Assembly (NCBI RefSeq): GCF_009914755.1
Contig: NC_060926.1
Length of the DNA: 64,000 nt
Reading direction: 5' to 3' (one strand)
From: the human T2T-CHM13v2.0 reference genome, Homo sapiens
Shown here one piece after another: positions 53,461 through 64,000 of this stretch (the first letter of the stretch is position 1; every line of letters starts with the position of its first letter). The notes beneath the pieces are model-generated. The model searched no databases, was not told the DNA's origin, and saw nothing but the letters and a program-made list of their open reading frames with translations. The position numbers and the translations under genes are program-made.

Positions 53461-54283
53461 GTTGTGCATAGAGGAAAAGTGATTCCCAAACATTGGTGTC
53501 TTATATAAAATGATGGTGATATGAGGTGGTAAGGACAATAATGGTAAAAGTTGCTGTCTTTGTATCCATATCTTCATTTGATAAGATCTAAGAGGGGGAA
53601 ATCATGCATCAGTCCTCTAAAATTGTTAGAAATGTTACTGATCCATGAAACCTCAAAAGTTTAGGAACCTCTAGCTTAAAGCATGAATCAGAAGTAGGCT
53701 GGCAAAGGATAGAGCATTTCTGGCTGAAGACACCAGAACTGGGTCACTGGTGTGATGTTCTCTTGGCTTACTCGGGTTATACTGGGTTACCCCTGGCTTA
53801 CATTGTTCTACTTTCGGGACATGCACCATGTGGCTCTTCCTATACAAAGATGGTGTCACAGAACCAACACCTGGGGTATGCTTTGTATTATTTCCCAGTA
53901 GAAGCAATGGAAGTTTTACTAAGCCTTCCATAATTTCACATCTATTCTTCCTGTTGACCAAGGGAATGCCTTTGCAGGAGGGAATGCCTTTGTGAGATGG
54001 GATGGAAAATGAAAACAGTTTCCAGTGGGGATCAAATTCATGACCTTGGTTCGTTAATATCCTTCACTAAGGAATTGGCCCAACCAATTACATAAAAGCT
54101 GGTTGTTCTAGGCACAGCTGCCATCATGGCAGATGTGGAAGTAAACACTGACCTGGGACTCACAAAATTGTGCTGTACTTATGGAACTCACTGTTTCCCA
54201 GCTGTGTAGCCTTGACTGTGTTGCTCCTCTTTTCTGCCTTTGGGTTTCTCATCTGAAAGAAAGAGAGCAGAATAGCTTTAGAT

Positions 54284-54470
54284 TAGTGGTTCTCAAATTT
54301 GAATATGTAATATAATCACTTGGAAGGCTTGTTAAAACTCAGATTACTGTGTTCTACCCCCAGAATTTCTGGTTCAGTAAATCTGGGTGGGCCTAGGATT
54401 CTGTACTTCTGAAGATTTCCACATGATGCTCATGCTGCTGGTCCAAACACTACACTTTGGGAAACCCTAG
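54284..54470. mobile_element. MER5A
   Basis: tagtggttctcaaattt...aatcacttgga...tgctgctggtcc...acactttg. Confidence 0.8.
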
Positions 54471-54896
54471 ATTAGACATTCATTCAGATCCTTCATCCCT
54501 AAGGTGATATTAGTAATTCCTATCTTTGAAAAGTTTATAATCTGATTATCATTTTACCTGTGGGAGGAAAGAGATTGATGATGTAATTCTCTCAGGCACC
54601 TTCTGTGCACTCATGCTGCAAAACAGAGAAAGGAAGGCTACCATAGTCTTCCCATCCATGCATCCCTGAGAACCTTTTTGCTGTGCAAGAGCTTTGATTC
54701 CTATCAGTCACCCTGTGTGGCCAAATCTACTATATGTGGTTCCAGGGACAGGGACAGTCTAGGAAATTCAGAGCAACAGATGGTAGTAAGTCTCCTCCCT
54801 CCAAACACTTTTTCGGGGATGACTGGTGAAAATGATGACGCAGAGAGAAGCCTGTTTGTATATACACATCAGGATGGATGAAGCAGTGCCAAAGAT

Positions 54897-54942
54897 GATT
54901 AAATTAGATCAGATTAGATTGGATTAGATTAGATTAGATTAA
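54897..54942. repeat. (GATTA)n pentanucleotide microsatellite
   Basis: gattaaattagatcagattagattggattagattagattagattaa. Confidence 0.85.
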
Positions 54943-55259
54943 CCTGCAGATTAGTGTGCTCCCGTCTAGGTCACCATTACCTCCTCCATGTTCCCAGCAT
55001 AAACGTTTTGTTGTGTAATTCTCATCCCATCCTCCAGTGGATGCTGGACCAGAAAGCAAAGGCAGATGTGGGTCCTAATATCTTCAGTACAGCCCAGATC
55101 CAGATGGTGTTAGAGATGGGTGTACATCTAAGGACTGGGTTTAATGGGCCATGGTAGAATGTAAAAGCATTTATATTCATGAAGGGCTTTTTTAGGTTTG
55201 GGGAGTATAGGAGAGAGTGGGACTGTGGTACCAATCTGGGGGTCAAACAAGCAGTGGCT

Positions 55260-55782
55260 TGGAATAGATGCGTGTTGGTCAGCTTTTATTCTCCAGCTCA
55301 CATCCTCTTAGCCTGTGTTTCTGCTTTGGCCATTGCTTCAGCGAACAGCAGTGTGCAGATGTGGCCTGACCATGATTCCCCCCAGTACCTCACTTATCTC
55401 CCGCCTTCTGCCCCAAGCTTCCGTCCTGTGGTATGGGAATCCTGGGGTGAGCCTGCTAAGACAGTCTAAAGTGCTCAGGAGGTAACATTTTCTGGGGCAA
55501 TCTTGACCAGTGAAGGACCAGAGCTAGGGGATAAATACTCATCTTTTGTGGTTTCAGGCAATCCTGAAGCACATAGTTCTCCAGGGGATCTTCAGGAGGG
55601 CTTAGCTGTAGTTGCCCACAGAAACCTAAACAGAAACCCATCCTTGGATTAGCTTTTCTTCTTTTCCAGTTTTATCCTCCCAGGTTCTTTTCTGTACTCT
55701 GGGGTCACTTCCTCAAAATAAACCACTTGCATGCAAGTTCTTGTTTTAGGCTCTGCATTTTGGAGGATTCAAAGTTAGGGTA
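55260..55782 (+). mobile_element. LTR16-family ERVL LTR
   Basis: ggggcaatcttgaccagtg...ggataaatac...cacttcctcaaaataaaccacttgcatgcaagt...aggctctgc. Confidence 0.6.
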
Positions 55783-55827
55783 ATTAACATGTTTCAGATG
55801 TATGGCAACATTTTAAGATGAGTATGA

Positions 55828-56095
<268 letters not shown>

Positions 56096-56299
56096 TGATG
56101 TTCCAGTCTATATCCTTGCTTTTTAAAAATTAATATTAATATTTATTTCTATTAAAGCAACACAGATATAGTTTATGAAGGCAAATAGCACAACATGATA
56201 TATAATAAAATGACTGTCCCCTATCTTGCCCCAGCTCAGTATCATCCCACTTACCAAAGGCAGGCAAGTTTAATTCTTAGCAATGTCTCTCTGTTGCTG

Positions 56300-57290
<991 letters not shown>

Positions 57291-57399
57291 GTCAATAAGA
57301 TAGTGTCAACAATATACTATCTTAATTACTTAAATAAATTTATTAAGCCCCAAAATAAGCCCCACTGACATTAAAATCTGAGAGCAGTAGTATAAAGAA

Positions 57400-57716
57400 C
57401 TGACCTTCTAGAAATGTGATATAAGCCACATATGTAATTTGAAACTTTTTAGTAATCACATTAACAAAACTTTAAAAAGCAGATGAACTTAAATTTTAAT
57501 GATATGTTTTATTTAACTTACTATAACAAGAATATTATGCTATTTATATAGAATTATTAATGAGAGATTTTACATTATTTTAGGACAAACTTTTTGAAAT
57601 CTAGTATATATTTTACACTGATAGCACATTTCATTCCAGCCCCTCTGTCATGCTGGTCACATTTCAAGGGCTCGATGACCACATGTGGCTAGCAGCCACT
57701 GTACTGGGTAGTGCAC
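57400..57716. mobile_element. MER33
   Basis: agccacatatgtaattt...tttttgaaatctagt...ttttacact...cacatgtggctagcagccactgtactgg. Confidence 0.75.
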
Positions 57717-57724
57717 ATTTAGAG

Positions 57725-57900
57725 GGTATAAAGGTTAAGAGTGTCTGTTCTCCGGCCAGGATCACTGCGTTCTAGGTGTGTAACCTTGGCAAAATTACTT
57801 AACCTTGCTGTGCCTCGGTTTCTTCATCTGTAAAATGAGAAAAATAACAACACCTACCTCAAAAAAATGATACAAGGATTAAATGAATGGATAAATGTCT
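57725..57900 (+). mobile_element. MIR
   Basis: tgtgtaaccttggcaaaattacttaacc...gcctcggtttcttcatctgtaaaatg. Confidence 0.75.
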
Positions 57901-58069
57901 CTTACGGTGTTCTCCACATGTACCAAGAACTCTTCTAAATGCCTTACATGCATGATTTTTAGCAATGTAGAGCCAGGACAGGGCATTGAAGAAGGATAAA
58001 CTTCTCCAAGAGTGGTTCTAAACATCATCTTTTAATGTGGTAGTAATAAAAGATTAAAAACAACTTCAA

Positions 58070-59250
58070 AACATGTCACAAAATAAATTCTAATAGATGT
58101 GGAACTTAAATGTGAAATCCAAAGCTTTAAAACTTTAACAAATTATTATCTACTAGTAGGTCACGAAGATATTCTCCTGTGTCATTTTTTTTTCTGTAAA
58201 AGACAAAAACGCCATCCATAAAAAATAAAATAAAATTGACCACAGAAGTTGTATTTCGTGAAATACACCAGAAAGATAAGTAAAAGAGAGAAGATATTTT
58301 CAACTCATATATTCAAGAAAAGCTTAGTATTTCAAATATGTAAGAATTACAAGAAAATGACTAGCAATCCACTTTAAAAAAATGGACAAATGATTAAGCA
58401 TTTTACTCCCCAGGATGGCTTATAAATATTTGAAATAATGTGCAACCTTTGTGTGCATTATTTCAAACAATCACATATTATTTTACATCCTCTCTACCAG
58501 CAGAAATTAAACTACTCAATAATATCAGGTACTGGTGAAACTACAAAGCTTGGGGAATTCTCATAGAGCTGGTGGAGTGTAAACTGGCAAAGCCTATGAT
58601 GGGAATTATTTTGCATTATCTACTAAAGTTGAGCATGAGTAAAATATATGTCCAGCAAGTCTGCCTTTAAGTATCTAAGCTACAGGATCCATGGTGCAGC
58701 TTTAGCAGGAGACACATATGAAGTCAGCCAACCTGTCATTGTTCACAACACACAATCTGAGAATCAACCAGAAATCCACCCAAAAAAGAATGGGTAAATA
58801 AATTACAGGATTTTCATATAATGCAATTCCCTATATCAATGAAAAAATTAGATTTTCATACACATTTCAATGTGGATAAGCCTTAGAAGCCTAACATTAG
58901 TAAAAACAATGCAAGTCATAGAATAAATATAGTATGGCACCATTTATGTAAAGTTCAAAAGCTGGTAAAACTAAACAATGTATTGTTTACAAATATATAC
59001 ATGTGTGGTAAAATTACAAAGAAAGCAAAAAAATTTGATTAAAATGAAATTCAGCATAATGGTTCCTTTGAGTTAGGGAAGAATGCAATATTGTAGGAAC
59101 ACATATGGGGTTTAAGGTTATTGGTGAGGTTCCATTTCCTAAGTCAAACGGGAGGCACAGGTGTTTTTAATATTATTTTAGCTATGTATGTATATTATAT
59201 ATTCTCTTTTTATGTATATTATACTTTACAGTATAAGAACAATGGATTGG
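58070..59250 (+). mobile_element. ancient L1ME 3' region
   Basis: gctggtggagtgtaaactgg...actaaagttgagcat...catttatgtaaagttcaaaa...aaactaaac. Confidence 0.6.
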
Positions 59251-59271
59251 AATTTGTGTTTAGTAGCATGG

Positions 59272-59584
59272 TTTTTTTTTTTTTTTTTTTTTTCCTTCTT
59301 TGAGACAGGGCCTCACTCTGTTGCCCAGGCTGGAGCTCAGTGGCATGATCATGGCTTGCTGCAGCCTTGACTTCCTGGGCTCAAACTATCCTCCCACCTC
59401 AGCTTCCTGAGTAGATGGGACTACAGACATATGCCACCATGCCCAGCTAATTTTTGTATTTTTTTTTTTGTAGAGACAGGGTCTTGCTATGTTGTCCAGG
59501 GCAGTCTCGAACTCCTGGGCACAAGCAATGTGCGCCCCTCAGCCTCCCACAGTGCTGGCATTACAGGGGTGAGCTCACGGCTGG
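59272..59584 (-). mobile_element. AluJ
   Basis: Poly-T, gagacagggcctcactctg, gcagccttgacttcctgggctcaa. Confidence 0.9.
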
Positions 59585-61499
59585 CAGTAGCAGAGCTTTA
59601 AGACTAGGCTTTACTGGACTGGGCCCTGGAATTTAGGGTGATGAGACTGTGAGCTGGAGTTTTCACTGGGAGACCTCCAAATTCCAATACCTGTAAGTCT
59701 CTCCTCTGGGTCCATTCAATTTTCTAGAGAATTGTCCAACTTCTTGCCTGAGAGGTGGATACTGGCTTTCAGTAATCTGACGCTCTGGAGAAAAAGTGCT
59801 AGAAGGGGTGAGGACTGGTGGGGTGTATGAAGAATTCCACTCAATCTGTGGCTGCTTCTTCCATTCTCTTTTCTCTTTGACTATAATTTTAATGAGTGTT
59901 GAGGACAAACACACATATTCAACCTGATGAATTTAACCACAGCTACTGCTTCCAGCAACCCTTTAGACATAGGATGATGATCCCTATTTTGCAGTTAAAA
60001 ACAACTGAGACTATGAAGGGGACACATGATGGCAAGTGTGAAAGACTCCAAGGCGATTCTTCCTCCTACACTGTCTCCCTCCCAGCAAGAAGGCTCCAGG
60101 TCCTTGTAACCATTTTGTCTCCAGCTGCATCTTGATGTCTAATCCAGAACCTTCCCGCTGCAAGTTCCCACAACTGTTCTCTGCTGGATATAAAGAACAA
60201 CTGGTAGCAGGACCCTGAGGTCGGTAGTGACGCAGCCTGCAAAGCCATGCGCTTCCAGCCAGGTGTGTGAAAGTAGTGGCGCCTCTCTTGTGTGCAGACA
60301 GAGTGACTGATTCCCCCTGCTCGTGGCTTCACAGATGCATGGTGTTGCCTTTGGGAGTGGCAGCTATTCAATGTGGCTGCCAGCCTGGTGCATACTGTGA
60401 AGCACTGGCAGTGAAACTTTATCTGGCAGTGTTGGGGGAGAGAGACGAGAGAAAGAAAGATGGGAAAGTTACTTTACTTTTTTTTTCTTTGATAACCGCA
60501 AGTTTCCTGCACTCCCTTGGAACCAAATTTCTGTTTTGACTAAATGGAAAGTCTCTAGGGAATGAGGGCTGATGGGGGAGATTTTTCTCAAAAGCACCCT
60601 TTGTTGTCTTCCATCCATGTCTGTTTCCCCCACTGCTCTCGCCTCACTTATACTCCTTTCTTTCTGCCCTCTCTGACCCATCTCCACTATCTCCATCAGC
60701 TGCGAACTGAAAAGACTCTGCATCTATTATAGGCATCCCTTGTGGGGTCACGGGGAGGCCAGTCCCCTGAGAGATCAGTGGGCTGGGCCTGTGCGGTCAG
60801 GTGCTGACAATGGCAAGCTGGAGGGGGACAGGCTGGAGGGGGGCAGCCTGGAGAGGGGCATGGACCCAACCTGAATGTCCTGGATGCTCTGGCTGGATGC
60901 TCTACGTGTCAGCTCCCAAGTCCCAGGGTGTTCCCAGGCAGAGTTTCATCCAGAGCTTCATAGGTCTAGAGACTCCTGTAATCAGTCATACAGGCAGGCA
61001 TAGGATGTGATCACTCTTGGAGTTTTAGAGTCAAGATCTACTAAAATTTGGGCCAGGAGAGAAGGCAGGCAAAGGGAAGTTGTTACAGGAAACTACAAAT
61101 AGGAGCTGAACCTACTTTGCCCTCTAAAATAAAACCCACTTGCTCTGCACCCAGTTCTCAGCAATCCTGTGGTCACAGACTGGGTTGCCACAGCCTCGTT
61201 CTTATCCTCCAGTGGTCAGAGGTCAGAGGTGTCCCTTCGTGCTGTCTCCATCATCATGGTTTAGAGCCTCCATTGGCCAGCCAATGGCCAGCACTGGAAC
61301 AATGACAGTTGGAACCTATTATCTTCTTCTATTTTGTTTTTAGTGTACCTCTGTCAGTTAACAGCAAACACAAGCAATCACACAGAAGTAGACTCTACAT
61401 TCCTTCAGGACAAGAAACTTGTTATTTTTAACTTTTAATAAAGAGCTTAGAGTTAAAAGAAACAGCATATTGGCATAAAATGAAGCAGTAGCATTGCTA

Positions 61500-64000
<2,501 letters not shown>

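Noticed and set aside
53478-53672. Possible hAT-Charlie remnant (agtgattcccaaac...gtttaggaacctct)
   Set aside because: The ends look like terminal inverted repeats, but I could not assign a family with confidence.
60817-60860. Three imperfect ctggagggg repeats, possible G4
   Set aside because: Too short and degenerate to support a claim.

Overview
Primate (human-like) non-coding genomic DNA, recognised from AluJ/S/Y, L1PA and THE1/MST elements. I found no credible protein-coding exon, RNA gene, CpG island or CRISPR array. The ORFs I can explain are translations of Alu, L1, MaLR, HAL1 or tandem repeats, and the rest look like chance ORFs. The window is a dense mosaic of SINEs (Alu, MIR), LINEs (L1, L2, HAL1), LTRs (MLT1, MST, THE1, MLT2, LTR16, MER4-, MER50- and LTR47-like) and hAT MITEs (MER53, MER20, MER5, MER58, MER3/33). 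The most striking structure is at about 9.4-15.7 kb. An old L1 is split by a MER4-like LTR, which is split by a two-LTR MSTB provirus. The interior of that provirus carries a ~0.88-kb inverted duplication around an inverted ~270-bp spacer, and one arm later received an AluSc. Smaller oddities include a compound 24/41-bp minisatellite, an inverted pair of THE1 LTRs, several short tandem duplications, a CTCF-like motif pair and an exact 13-bp T7 promoter binding core. I do not see a new biological system. Subfamily names are recalled from consensus sequences by eye, and boundaries without TSD support are approximate.
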